From Candidatus Sumerlaeia bacterium (GTDB taxonomy: Bacteria; Sumerlaeota; Sumerlaeia; SLMS01), in assembly GCA_038208905.1 (NCBI GenBank), contig JBBQYG010000068.1, forward strand, positions 1-18,638: a stretch of 18,638 nucleotides of DNA, in the 5' to 3' direction. Position numbers and translations under genes: made by a program. Under the pieces are notes generated by a model, which was not told where the DNA came from, made no database searches, and was given only the letters and a program-made list of their open reading frames with translations. Below, in pieces: positions 1-7,258 of the stretch (positions are counted from its first letter, which is position 1; each line of letters opens with the position of its first letter).

Positions 1-1
1 G

Positions 2-205
2 ATCTACCAGGTCGCCCTCCGCGCGGCGGGGAACCCGGAACCCGCCTCCATTGGCCTGATCGGCGACGAGCCGGAATCCGACGGCCACGGGGCCCTTCGC
101 GCGGGATGGCGCCAGTGCCTGATCCTCAGGGAGCCCGGCGCGCTACCACCCGCCGGGCTCATCGTCAGGAATTCCCTGACAGATGCCGTGGCGGCGCTGC
201 TGTAG
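2..205 (+). CDS. HAD-superfamily hydrolase, C-terminal part (5' end outside window)
   Basis: Own translation of frame 2: IYQVALRAAGNPEPASIGLIGDEPESDGHGALRAGWRQCLILREPG...SLTDAVAALL*. IGD-x3-SD-x2-GA-x2-AGW matches HAD motif IV. TAG at 203-205. Confidence 0.8.
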   Translation: MYQVALRAAGNPEPASIGLIGDEPESDGHGALRAGWRQCLILREPGALPPAGLIVRNSLTDAVAALL

Positions 206-227
206 GTTCACGGTTCGGGGCCGCGAC

Positions 228-285
228 GGTGCGAATCGGCAACGTGGCCATGTTGTGATTTTGCGACGAGTTGCAAGAAGACAAC
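228..285. promoter_or_regulatory. Three 16-bp imperfect palindromes (GTTGYN-N4-NRCAAC), candidate enhancer-binding-protein sites
   Basis: 228-243 GGTGCG-aatc-GGCAAC; 252-267 GTTGTG-attt-TGCGAC; 270-285 GTTGCA-agaa-GACAAC. They lie ~135-190 bp upstream of a sigma54-like promoter. Confidence 0.55.
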
Positions 286-418
286 CCCCACACTCGGGGG
301 ATTCCCCGCTCCAATCAAGCCACCGGCCAACCCAATAAAGCCATAAAGCAAGCGTTTTCAGTGCTCCGGCGATTGAGCCCGGGTCGGCCTCAACTTTTTC
401 GCGAGGCCATGCCGAAAG

Positions 419-434
419 CGGCGCCCCTCTTGCA
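419..434 (+). promoter_or_regulatory. sigma54 (RpoN) -24/-12 promoter
   Basis: CGGCGCCCCTCTTGCA versus consensus TGGCAC-N5-TTGCA. GG(420-421)-N10-GC(432-433) spacing is exact. Predicted TSS ~445. Confidence 0.6.
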
Positions 435-444
435 AACGCATAAG

Positions 445-716
445 GGCGTAGTAACTAAGGTTTGGACGGGGGGACGGACCAGTAGGAGGGAAGGAAGGAA
501 AGCCGGAGGAGAGAGATTCCGGAAGGGCCCGAGGTTACGCCAAAGGCACCAACCAGAGTTTCCCGGCGGGAGGGCAGGAGGAGAGAGGGCCGGGCAGCCG
601 CCAACAATCCTTGGGAGGGGAGAGGGGCGGCCCGCACGGACCAGAAGAAGCAGGGGGAACAGCGAAACCGGTGCTGGGGGGCATCCGGAGACGCTGTTCC
701 CCCCGCTGTTTACTGG
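445..716 (+). ncRNA. Putative GGA-rich structured small RNA (CsrB/RsmZ-like architecture)
   Basis: 18 GGA trimers in 464-689. Hairpins CCGGA/TCCGG (503-522), CCCGGC/GCCGGG (562-594) and GCCGCC/GGCGGC (597-631) all have purine/GGA-rich loops. Direct repeats ACGGACCAG (474, 636) and GGAGGAGAGAG (505, 577). Terminal 12-bp perfect stem 653-664/692-703. No credible + strand gene downstream. Confidence 0.55.
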
Positions 717-794
717 CAGGGAACGGCTGAAAAACGGCGCAATGGGCCGCGTGTTTCGTCGATCCGCCCGATCCGTCCTCCGCCCCCCGCACCC

Positions 795-821
795 AATCCG
801 CGAGACCCGCGCGATCCGCGG
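795..821. repeat. 9-nt tandem repeat (ATCCGCG-type x3)
   Basis: AATCCGCGAGACCCGCGCGATCCGCGG. Same length and register as the reverse complement of 8679-8705, differing mostly by transitions. Confidence 0.5.
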
Positions 822-950
822 CCCCTTCGCCACGCCCCCGGGATTTGCATCCTCGCGATCCCTTGGCGAGCGCATGGCTTGCCTAGCGATTCAATCCCAT
901 CGGAATCAATGACGCATGAACCCTCCCGATACTCCGCCGCCATTTCATCC

Positions 951-1207
951 CTACTGCCCGGCGGCGGTGGATTCCAGCGGCTGCACCGAGAGCCCCAGCC
1001 CGTGCAGGATTGGTCACAGCGTGGAGAGGCGCGGGTTGCCGTCCTCGGAGAGCGTCTCCGCCACAGTCCGCACGGCGGCCATGGAAGCCCCCCAGCGCCG
1101 TCCTTCTCCGCCTCGTCCAAGGCGACGTCGAGGTAGAGGGGAGTCTCTGTAGGGTGGTTGCGAATTCGTTCCACTTCCACTTCTCTCCATGTGCGATGGC
1201 GGTTCAA
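951..1207 (-). pseudogene. Addiction-module antidote (HTH antitoxin, HI1420/HigA-like) pseudogene
   Basis: SD AAGGAG then TTG at 1207: MNRHRTWREVEVERIRNHPTETPLYLDVALDEAEKDG, 1-nt frameshift near 1095, then WGASMAAVRTVAE|TLSEDGNPRLSTL*PILHGLGLSVQPLESTAAGQ*. YL-x2-AL-x-E and LSE-x-GNPRLSTL-x2-IL-x2-LGL are family hallmarks. The central HTH helices are missing and there is an internal TGA at 1014-1016. Confidence 0.8.
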
Positions 1208-1260
1208 GGCGCGTTGCTCCTTCCATCAGACCGGCGATCAATGATTGAGAGTGGACTCAT
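1204..1260 (-). pseudogene. Probable collapsed remnant of the cognate RelE/HigB-type toxin gene (18 aa)
   Basis: ATG 1260 to TGA 1204 gives MSPLSIIDRRSDGRSNAP*. Its stop overlaps the antitoxin TTG (TTGA), the coupling typical of these TA pairs. The DGRS segment resembles the N-terminal DGRSPF of killer proteins (weak). Confidence 0.4.
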
Positions 1261-1273
1261 TGCGCGACCCCAA

Positions 1274-1291
1274 TGTGTATTATTTGCGACA
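1274..1291. promoter_or_regulatory. Possible TA operator/promoter remnant (TGT-N12-ACA)
   Basis: TGTGTATTATTTGCGACA, an AT-rich imperfect palindrome 14 nt upstream of the mini-ORF ATG. Confidence 0.35.
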
Positions 1292-1307
1292 CCCGTGTTC
1301 CACTCCA

Positions 1308-2306
1308 TCAGCGCCCGCCCAGCGCCTCCAGCAGCGGCTTGCGCCATTCGTTTGCCTTGGGGTCATAGGCGCCGAATCCGCTGCAGAATTCCCAGTAGGC
1401 CGATGCCATGCCGCGCTGGCGGCATTCCTCCGCGATGAAGCGCGTCCACGCGACGCGGCTCTCGATGTCGGCCTTTCCGTAGGCGCCAAACTCCCCCAGA
1501 TACATCGCGACGCCGTGTTCCTTCGCCCACGCGGAGGCGGCGTCGAAGGCCTTGCGCACGTCGGCTTTCTCCGCGTCGGTGCCCGACCACGTCTTGCCGA
1601 GCCACTCCTTCGATTGCTCGCCAACCCAAGCCGCGCCCTGGTGTGTAAAGTGGAACGGATCGTAGTAGTGAAACGTGGCGACAATATTGGAGTCGCCAGC
1701 GGGAATCTTGAGGTGGGGAAGCTGCTGGAAGTTGTTGTAGCCTCCCGGCCCCACGACGATAAAACGGGTCGGATTCGATTTGCGAATCAGGGTGATCGCG
1801 GCGGCGGAGAGTTCGTTCCAGCGCTCGTTGGTGAGCTTCTTGTGCGGCTCGTTCAGCGGCTCCAGCGCGAGCGTCTCGGGGGCGTCGTGATAGTGCGTTG
1901 CCAACTGGCCCCAGATGCCCAGGAAGCGATCGCGCTCTGCGCCGGGATCCTCGAAGATTTCGTCATAGTGGTGCATGTTAAGCACCACGGCGAGACCCCT
2001 GTCCGTTGCCTGCGCGATCGCCCAATCGACCCGCGCCAGGAACTTGGGGTCGATGGTGTAGGGCGATTCGAGCGCGGCGTGGGCCGACCAGCGAACGGGA
2101 ATCCGGACGTGTTGGAACCCGGCGTCCTTGATCGCGGCGAAGTACTCCTCGCGCAGCGTCACGCCCCACTCGCCCTCGGCCGGCGCCTCCAGGGCATTCC
2201 CCAGATTGATGCCGCGGCCAAAGATGCCGCCGAAGTCCTGCGGTGCCTCCGCCGCCGTTGCAGTCGAAACGGCGGCGACAAGAATTGATGCGAGTAGATT
2301 CTTCAT
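1308..2306 (-). CDS. Glycoside hydrolase family 5 (endoglucanase/mannanase, Thermotoga Cel5A-like), secreted
   Basis: Signal peptide MKNLLASILVAAVSTATAA. Motifs RGINLGNALEAP, VRIPVRW, NMHHY, LNEP (acid/base Glu), HYYDPFHFTHQGA, LGEFG (nucleophile Glu), YWEF. Confidence 0.95.
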   Translation of the reverse strand: MKNLLASILVAAVSTATAAEAPQDFGGIFGRGINLGNALEAPAEGEWGVTLREEYFAAIKDAGFQHVRIPVRWSAHAALESPYTIDPKFLARVDWAIAQATDRGLAVVLNMHHYDEIFEDPGAERDRFLGIWGQLATHYHDAPETLALEPLNEPHKKLTNERWNELSAAAITLIRKSNPTRFIVVGPGGYNNFQQLPHLKIPAGDSNIVATFHYYDPFHFTHQGAAWVGEQSKEWLGKTWSGTDAEKADVRKAFDAASAWAKEHGVAMYLGEFGAYGKADIESRVAWTRFIAEECRQRGMASAYWEFCSGFGAYDPKANEWRKPLLEALGGR

Positions 2307-2309
2307 TCT

Positions 2310-2648
2310 TTAATTGCCTCTGCTTAAGAGTAGCGCGGGAGCGACCGGCAAGGTATGCTCGAACGTATCCCACAGGCTTCTCACCGTCAACGCCGCCCGG
2401 AACTGGTCGAGCGACATCGCCACCGATGTCTCCACGCGCAGTTCCACTTCCTCGCCGGGCGTGATATGGAAATAGCGGTCCGACCACTTGGCGTCGATGG
2501 CGCCCAGCTCGGGATAAACATAGGGCGCCGGGCGCTTGGCGGAAACCCGCTGGCCGGTGGATGGACGCAGCAGCGTCCACTTTCCGCAGAGGTCGATGGT
2601 GGTCGGAGGCGGCGGGGCTCCCTTATCTGGGTGGCGGGGCCTCCCCAC
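2310..2648 (-). pseudogene. GH2 beta-mannosidase remnant: N-terminus fused in frame to C-terminal Ig-like domain
   Basis: TIDLCGKWTLLRPSTGQRVSA resembles GH2 N-termini (xDLxGxWxL...A-x-VPG). SAKRPAPYVYPELGAIDAKWSDRYFHITPGEEVELRV...FRAALTVRSLWDT resembles the mannosidase C-terminal domain (SDNYF-x-L-x-PGE...VRSL). No catalytic domain, and no ATG after the AAGGGAG SD. Confidence 0.7.
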
Positions 2649-3056
2649 CTACCGCCGCGCCGCGACCATCAGCTCATACAGCGCCTCGCGGTCGTGCAGC
2701 CCCGCGTCCACCACGCGCTCGCGGACGCGGTCGAGGACCTCGGCGTCGGTCCGGCCTTCGGCGCGCAGCCACGCGCGGCCTTCCTCCCACGTGGGGAGCC
2801 ACGTCCATTCCGTGCGCAGCTTCTCCACCCCGCCCGCGATCTTGACGAACAGGGCGATGTCCAGAATTACGTAAACGTGGTCTTGAATCGGCGAGGAGCC
2901 GCCAAAGCGCTCCTTGTCGTCATAGAGGAACATCCCCGCCGCGGGGCTCCACGCGAGGCCGAGAGCCGCCATCTGGTGCGCGAGGTCGATCTCGCGCTGG
3001 GTGAAGCGGACTCCATAGGCCGCGGCATGCTGTGGTTCAGTCAGGCGCTTATCCAT
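2649..3056 (-). CDS. Hypothetical protein (135 aa)
   Basis: ATG at 3056 overlaps the stop of the DUF309 gene. Globular-looking sequence MDKRLTEPQHAAAYGVRF...WTWLPTWEEGRAWL, high GC3. Confidence 0.75.
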   Translation of the reverse strand: MDKRLTEPQHAAAYGVRFTQREIDLAHQMAALGLAWSPAAGMFLYDDKERFGGSSPIQDHVYVILDIALFVKIAGGVEKLRTEWTWLPTWEEGRAWLRAEGRTDAEVLDRVRERVVDAGLHDREALYELMVAARR

Positions 3057-3453
3057 GTTCGGAGATAATCTCCAGCTTGGGAATCGAACGGAGTTCCGGC
3101 GCGGGCGGGCATTCCACACCGCCGGAAAGGAGCGGGGCGAAGACGTTGCCGAGCTGCCCAAGCACCGCCCCGATTTCAAGACCTTCGTACCGGGCCCCAT
3201 ACGGGGTCAGGTAGTCCCGCGAACTTACCCACAGGCGCCGCGCGCCCGAGGGGTTGCCCCGTTCCCAATGGCAGATCGCCACGGCCATCTGGATCAGGCC
3301 CTTGTAGAAGTCCTTGAGCGGCGCCACCTCGATCGCCCACAGGTCCTCCAGCACCTCATGCGCCTCGAAGTAGTCCCCCGCGTTGAACAACGCCACATAC
3401 TCGCGGTATTCCCGTGGCCAGGGGTCCTCGATGCGAGGTGTTTCCAGCTTCAA
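3049..3453 (-). CDS. DUF309 domain-containing protein
   Basis: LFNAGDYFEAHEVLEDLW and YKGLIQMAVAICHWERGN-x2-GA are DUF309 signatures. TTG at 3453 follows an AAGGA SD. Confidence 0.9.
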   Translation of the reverse strand: MKLETPRIEDPWPREYREYVALFNAGDYFEAHEVLEDLWAIEVAPLKDFYKGLIQMAVAICHWERGNPSGARRLWVSSRDYLTPYGARYEGLEIGAVLGQLGNVFAPLLSGGVECPPAPELRSIPKLEIISEHG

Positions 3454-3485
3454 GCGGTCATCCTTCCATCGAACTCTGATTGCAG

Positions 3486-3514
3486 AACTTGGGCACAACG
3501 GCAGACCCTGTCAA
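3486..3514 (-). promoter_or_regulatory. sigma70-like promoter of the DUF309 operon
   Basis: TTGACA (3514-3509), 17-nt spacer, CAAGTT (3491-3486). Confidence 0.45.
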
Positions 3515-3608
3515 AGAAACTCTGGGCTGGTCGCCCCCGCCCCGCCCGAGCAGCCAGTTCGGGGCCGGAACGGCTTATGCTGTCCCTAGTAAACGGAGGA
3601 TTACACCG

Positions 3609-4913
3609 ATGACCGTATCCCATCCTGTTGGACCGGGAGATACCCGGACCCGGATCGTGGTGCTGGGGGCCGGTTTTGCCGGGGCCTATTGCGCCAGCGA
3701 ACTCAGCCGCCGCTTGGGTGCCCGGGCGGATATCCTCGTCCTCGACGCCCACAACTACTTCGTTTTTTACCCCCTTCTGGTAGAGGCCGGCAGCGGCAGC
3801 CTGGAACCGCGCCACGCTGTCGTTCCCATCCGCGACTTCCTTGGTCGGGGTGTGCGGTTTCGCCTCGGCGAGGTCCTCGATCTGGACACTTCGGCCCAAA
3901 CAGTCGGCTACCGCATCGTGGGTGAGCAGGCCCGCCGCACGGCCCGCTACGACCACCTCGTCGTCGCGCTTGGCAGTGTGACCGCCTTTCCCGAGATCCC
4001 CGGCCTGCGCGAGAACGCCTGGCAGGTCAAATCCCTCGGCGACGCCGTGGCCCTCCGCGACCAGATGGTGCAGCTCATGGAGCGCGCCAACGTCGCGGAA
4101 TCGCTGGAGGAGCGCCGCCGCCTCCTGCGCTTCGTGGTCGTTGGCGCCAGCTTCACCGGAGTCGAGGTGGCCGGCGAATTCCACCACTTCCTGCACGAAG
4201 GCGTCCATTCCTACCGCAACTTGAAGGAAGAGGACGTGGACGTGATGCTGCTGGATCGCGGACCCCGCATCCTGGCCCCCCTGAGCGAGTCTCTCGCCCG
4301 CTATGCCCAGCAGCGCCTTGAGAAACGTGGCATTCGCGTCCTGACTGGCCGCACGATCAGGAGCGCCGAGTCCCGCACCGTCACCATGGACGACGGCACC
4401 ATCGTTCAGGCCGACACGCTGATCTGGTGCGGAGGCATCTCCCAGAATCCGCGGGCGCGGTCGCTCCCCCTTCCCGGCGACGCGCGCGGCTTCATCAAGT
4501 GCAACGTCGATGGCCGGGTGGAGGGATTCCAGAACATCTGGGCCATCGGAGACGGCGCCATCAACCCGCGGCCCAAGGGCGGCACCTACCCCGCCACCGC
4601 CCAGGCCGCCATCCGGCTCGGCGCGCGCGCCGGCGCCAACATCGCCCGCGCGATCGCCGGCCGCGCCACGCGCCCCATCAACTTCCGCGACGTCGGGTCC
4701 CTCTGCGCCCTGGGCGGAAAGGACGGCGTGGCCCAGGTCTTCGGTCTCCAGATCGCCGGCTTCGCCGCGTGGTGGCTCTGGCGGTCGGTGTACCTTATGA
4801 AGATGCCCGGCCTCGGCCGCAAGTTCCGCGTCGCACTCGATTGGACGGTCGATCTATTCTTCCACCGCGACATCGTGCAGTTGGGACTCCGGAGAAAGGG
4901 GAATGGGGAATAG
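3609..4913 (+). CDS. ndh: Type II NADH:quinone oxidoreductase (NAD(P)/FAD-dependent oxidoreductase)
   Basis: SD GGAGG 3595-3599, ATG 3609. FAD motif VVLGAGFAG, F-x-PLL, YDHLVVALGS, second Rossmann VVVGASFTGVEVAGE, WAIGD, PATAQAA, C-terminal amphipathic GFAAWWLWRSVYL...DW. Confidence 0.9.
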   Translation: MTVSHPVGPGDTRTRIVVLGAGFAGAYCASELSRRLGARADILVLDAHNYFVFYPLLVEAGSGSLEPRHAVVPIRDFLGRGVRFRLGEVLDLDTSAQTVGYRIVGEQARRTARYDHLVVALGSVTAFPEIPGLRENAWQVKSLGDAVALRDQMVQLMERANVAESLEERRRLLRFVVVGASFTGVEVAGEFHHFLHEGVHSYRNLKEEDVDVMLLDRGPRILAPLSESLARYAQQRLEKRGIRVLTGRTIRSAESRTVTMDDGTIVQADTLIWCGGISQNPRARSLPLPGDARGFIKCNVDGRVEGFQNIWAIGDGAINPRPKGGTYPATAQAAIRLGARAGANIARAIAGRATRPINFRDVGSLCALGGKDGVAQVFGLQIAGFAAWWLWRSVYLMKMPGLGRKFRVALDWTVDLFFHRDIVQLGLRRKGNGE

Positions 4914-4918
4914 GGAAT
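4898..4918 (+). repeat. Heptamer tandem repeat (GGGGAAT)2 AGGGAAT
   Basis: Three 7-nt units spanning the ndh stop codon, directly upstream of the tautomerase gene. Confidence 0.7.
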
Positions 4919-4948
4919 GGCAGTCAAACAAACACAAGGAACGAGCCC

Positions 4949-5152
4949 ATGCCTTACGTCAATGTCCGCATCACCAAAGGCGCAACGAAGGACCAGAAGG
5001 CCCGCATCATCCGCGAGATCACCGACACCCTCGTCAACGTTCTCGGCAAGAAGCCCGACCACACCCACATCGTCATCGACGAAATCGACGAGGAGAACTG
5101 GGGCTTCGCGGGGGAGCTGACATCGGAGTACCGTGGTCGCCCCCCAAAGTAG
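4949..5152 (+). CDS. 4-oxalocrotonate tautomerase family protein
   Basis: MPYVNVRITKGATKDQKARIIREITDTLVNVLGKKPDHTHIVIDEIDEENWGFAG; catalytic Pro1 after Met removal; SD AAGGA. Confidence 0.93.
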   Translation: MPYVNVRITKGATKDQKARIIREITDTLVNVLGKKPDHTHIVIDEIDEENWGFAGELTSEYRGRPPK

Positions 5153-5235
5153 CATGGACCTCCTGCCCTTGCCCAACCAGCCTCCCAGTTACGCGAAGGT
5201 TTCCGTGTACCGCTGCACGGGCGGGGCGCACCGTT

Positions 5236-6072
5236 CTACTGTGGCGTACTCCCCGCCTCGCACCGCTCATCCCCATACTCCACCAACTCCCTGATCGTCG
5301 GCGCGTCGCCGTTGAGTGCGCACTTGGGGTCGCGTCGGAGCTTGATGGTTCGGAAGCTGGCGCCGAGCGCGTCGTACACGAGGAGGCGGCCGGAGAGGCT
5401 GTCGCCGATACCGAGGAGGAGCTTGATGGCCTCGGTGGCCTGGAGGCTGCCGACGACGCCGGAGATGACGCCGAGGATGCCGGCCTCCTGGCAGGAGGGG
5501 ACAAGGCCCGGCGGCGGGGGCTCGGGGAAGAGGCAGCGGTAGCAGGGCGAATTCGCGCCGCCATCGTTGGCAAACACGGTGACCTGCCCCTCGAATCGCT
5601 GCATCGCGCCGCTGACGAGCGGCTTGCGCGCCAGCCAGCAGGCGTCGTTGACCAAAAAGCGCGTCGGGAAATTGTCGCTGCCGTCGATGACCACGTCGGC
5701 GTGGGCGATGCGCTCCATGATATTGGCGGCGGTGAGGCGCTCGTTGTGGGCGATGAACTCCACGTCGGGATTGCGCGCGGCCACGGATTCGCGCGCCGAC
5801 TCCACCTTGGGCGTTCCGATGCTTTGGGTGGCGTGGATGATCTGGCGCTGCAGGTTGCTCAGGTCCACGTTGTCGAAATCGGCGACCTCGATGGTGCCGA
5901 CCCCGGCGGCGGCGAGATACATGATCGCCGGCGAGCCAAGCCCACCCGCGCCCACCACGAACACGCGCGACGCCAGCAGGCGGCGCTGGCCCTTTCCGCC
6001 CACCTGGGGAAGGATCACGTGGCGGGCATAGCGCTCCGCCTGGGCATCGGTAAGGCGCGGCGCTTCCTTCAC
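5236..6072 (-). CDS. moeB: Molybdopterin-synthase adenylyltransferase MoeB (ThiF/MoeB family)
   Basis: ERYARHVILPQVG, VVGAGGLGSP, DFDNVDLSNLQRQ, DGSDNFPTRFLVNDAC, CYRCLFPEPPPPGLVPSCQEAGILG. GTG start overlaps the upstream stop (GTGA). Confidence 0.92.
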   Translation of the reverse strand: MKEAPRLTDAQAERYARHVILPQVGGKGQRRLLASRVFVVGAGGLGSPAIMYLAAAGVGTIEVADFDNVDLSNLQRQIIHATQSIGTPKVESARESVAARNPDVEFIAHNERLTAANIMERIAHADVVIDGSDNFPTRFLVNDACWLARKPLVSGAMQRFEGQVTVFANDGGANSPCYRCLFPEPPPPGLVPSCQEAGILGVISGVVGSLQATEAIKLLLGIGDSLSGRLLVYDALGASFRTIKLRRDPKCALNGDAPTIRELVEYGDERCEAGSTPQ

Positions 6073-6986
6073 CCGCGCAGCGTTTCGAGGCGGCAGAGCG
6101 CCGAGTAGATGTCGAACGCGAGCACGGTCGATTCGGAGACGGTCTTCTGGTTCACCAGCCTCATGCGCGGGCCCGGGCGCGCCCAGCTTGTGACGATGTA
6201 GCTTGAGTTCGACACGATCTGCTCCGACGCGCCGAGGATCATCGATGCCGCGGCAAACTGCTCGCAGAACGGCGTGCCGGGAAGCGCCTGGCGCAGCCGG
6301 TGCAGCAACTGCCTCACCAGAATCGCCGAGCCGCCGGTCGCGCCGTGGTCGAAGACCTGAAAGCGAAACGAGTCCTGCTCCAGCCGGATGCCAACCGGCG
6401 AGGAGCGCAGGTGGATGTCGATCACCATCTGGGCGTGGGCCGAAAGGTTCTCCCGCATCGGAGCCCCCGCGAGCATTCCCTGCGACGCGGTGCTGACGGC
6501 CACGGTACGCTCGCTGACCTCGCCGACCACCACGCAGGCAACATCGGCCCGGGGCACCGCAAGGCGCGCGTCGCCGGCGCGCTCGAAAAGGAAATGCGAA
6601 TCCTTGGAGTACAGCTCCCCCTGCACGATCAGCTCCTGCCGCGCAAACTCCTCCTCGGAGACGCGGAACGCGCGGAGTCCCTTCGCCGAGAGCACATCGA
6701 CCCACCGCTGGGCCTCCGCCTCGCGATCCTCGCGGCGGACGATGCGGGGCGTCGGCGCCAGCAGGCGCTGGCGCGCTGTATAGACATCCAACTCCATCAC
6801 GCGGGCAAACTCCGCCAGCGCGGCCTCGCCCGGCAGCTCGCGGTGCGTGCCAAGGACCACCAAGTGCCCGGGCTCGCGGCGGCGGTCGCCCACGGCCTCG
6901 CTCAGCGCGCCATAGGCCTCCAGGTTCGGAGCCGCGACGCCGATCGCGTCGGCCTCGCTGCGTGACTTTCGTTTCATGGCTGCCAA
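6069..6986 (-). CDS. Hypothetical protein (305 aa)
   Basis: SD GGAGG 7 nt before TTG 6986; long ORF with high GC3; translationally coupled to moeB. Confidence 0.8.
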   Translation of the reverse strand: MAAMKRKSRSEADAIGVAAPNLEAYGALSEAVGDRRREPGHLVVLGTHRELPGEAALAEFARVMELDVYTARQRLLAPTPRIVRREDREAEAQRWVDVLSAKGLRAFRVSEEEFARQELIVQGELYSKDSHFLFERAGDARLAVPRADVACVVVGEVSERTVAVSTASQGMLAGAPMRENLSAHAQMVIDIHLRSSPVGIRLEQDSFRFQVFDHGATGGSAILVRQLLHRLRQALPGTPFCEQFAAASMILGASEQIVSNSSYIVTSWARPGPRMRLVNQKTVSESTVLAFDIYSALCRLETLRG

Positions 6987-7136
6987 CGGCTCGCCTCCGC
7001 GGAACGGACTCGGGAGAGCATGTGAACGCCACCCCCTTGAGCGGTCAACGCGCTTGTTGGGCGGATGGCGAGGTCCGATCCGTCTATCGCGAGCAGTTCC
7101 CGAATGACACGTCGCGATACGGAGGGCTGTAAGGGA

Positions 7137-7226
7137 GTAGCATGGGCGTCTCGCCCGCGCCGCACGAAGACGCGGCCACGTGGAACCCGAGATGCCGCCG
7201 GGGCGCGGGCTAGACGCCCACGATAC
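7137..7226. repeat. GTAG-type REP doublet (REPIN-like inverted pair)
   Basis: GTAGCATGGGCGTCTCGCCCGCGCC (7137-7161) and the reverse complement of 7202-7226 match 22/25. Each copy has an internal GGGC...GCCC palindrome after the GTAG/GTAT head. Confidence 0.75.
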
Positions 7227-7258
7227 CTTGGAGTGCGGCAGGAGTTCCGGGAGTTACT

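Noticed and set aside
445-716. RNase P, tmRNA, 6S, SRP or T-box identity for the structured region
   Set aside because: None of their hallmark sequences (e.g. GAGGAAAGUCC, tRNA-like ends, T-box UGGNACC) are visible.
717-735. Isolated IS-end-like sequence CAGGGAACGGCTGAAAAAC
   Set aside because: No partner inverted repeat or transposase found in the window.
271-912. 213-aa + strand ORF (and the antisense ORF 390-875) spanning the candidate sRNA
   Set aside because: R/G/P-rich low-complexity translation, TTG start without SD, no family motifs. It starts inside the enhancer palindromes, and open frames are expected at this GC content.
3454-3608. Rex operator upstream of ndh (or of rex itself)
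   Set aside because: No match to TTGTGAA-N4-TTCACAA. The TTGTGA at 253 also lacks the second half-site.
4135-4177. Atypical second Rossmann motif GASFTG in NDH-2
   Set aside because: A single Gly-to-Ser change with the rest of the motif intact; not enough to claim altered function.
5236-6072. ThiF/E1 of an anti-phage ubiquitin-like system
   Set aside because: The sequence is canonical MoeB, with no E2, JAB or CD-NTase neighbours.
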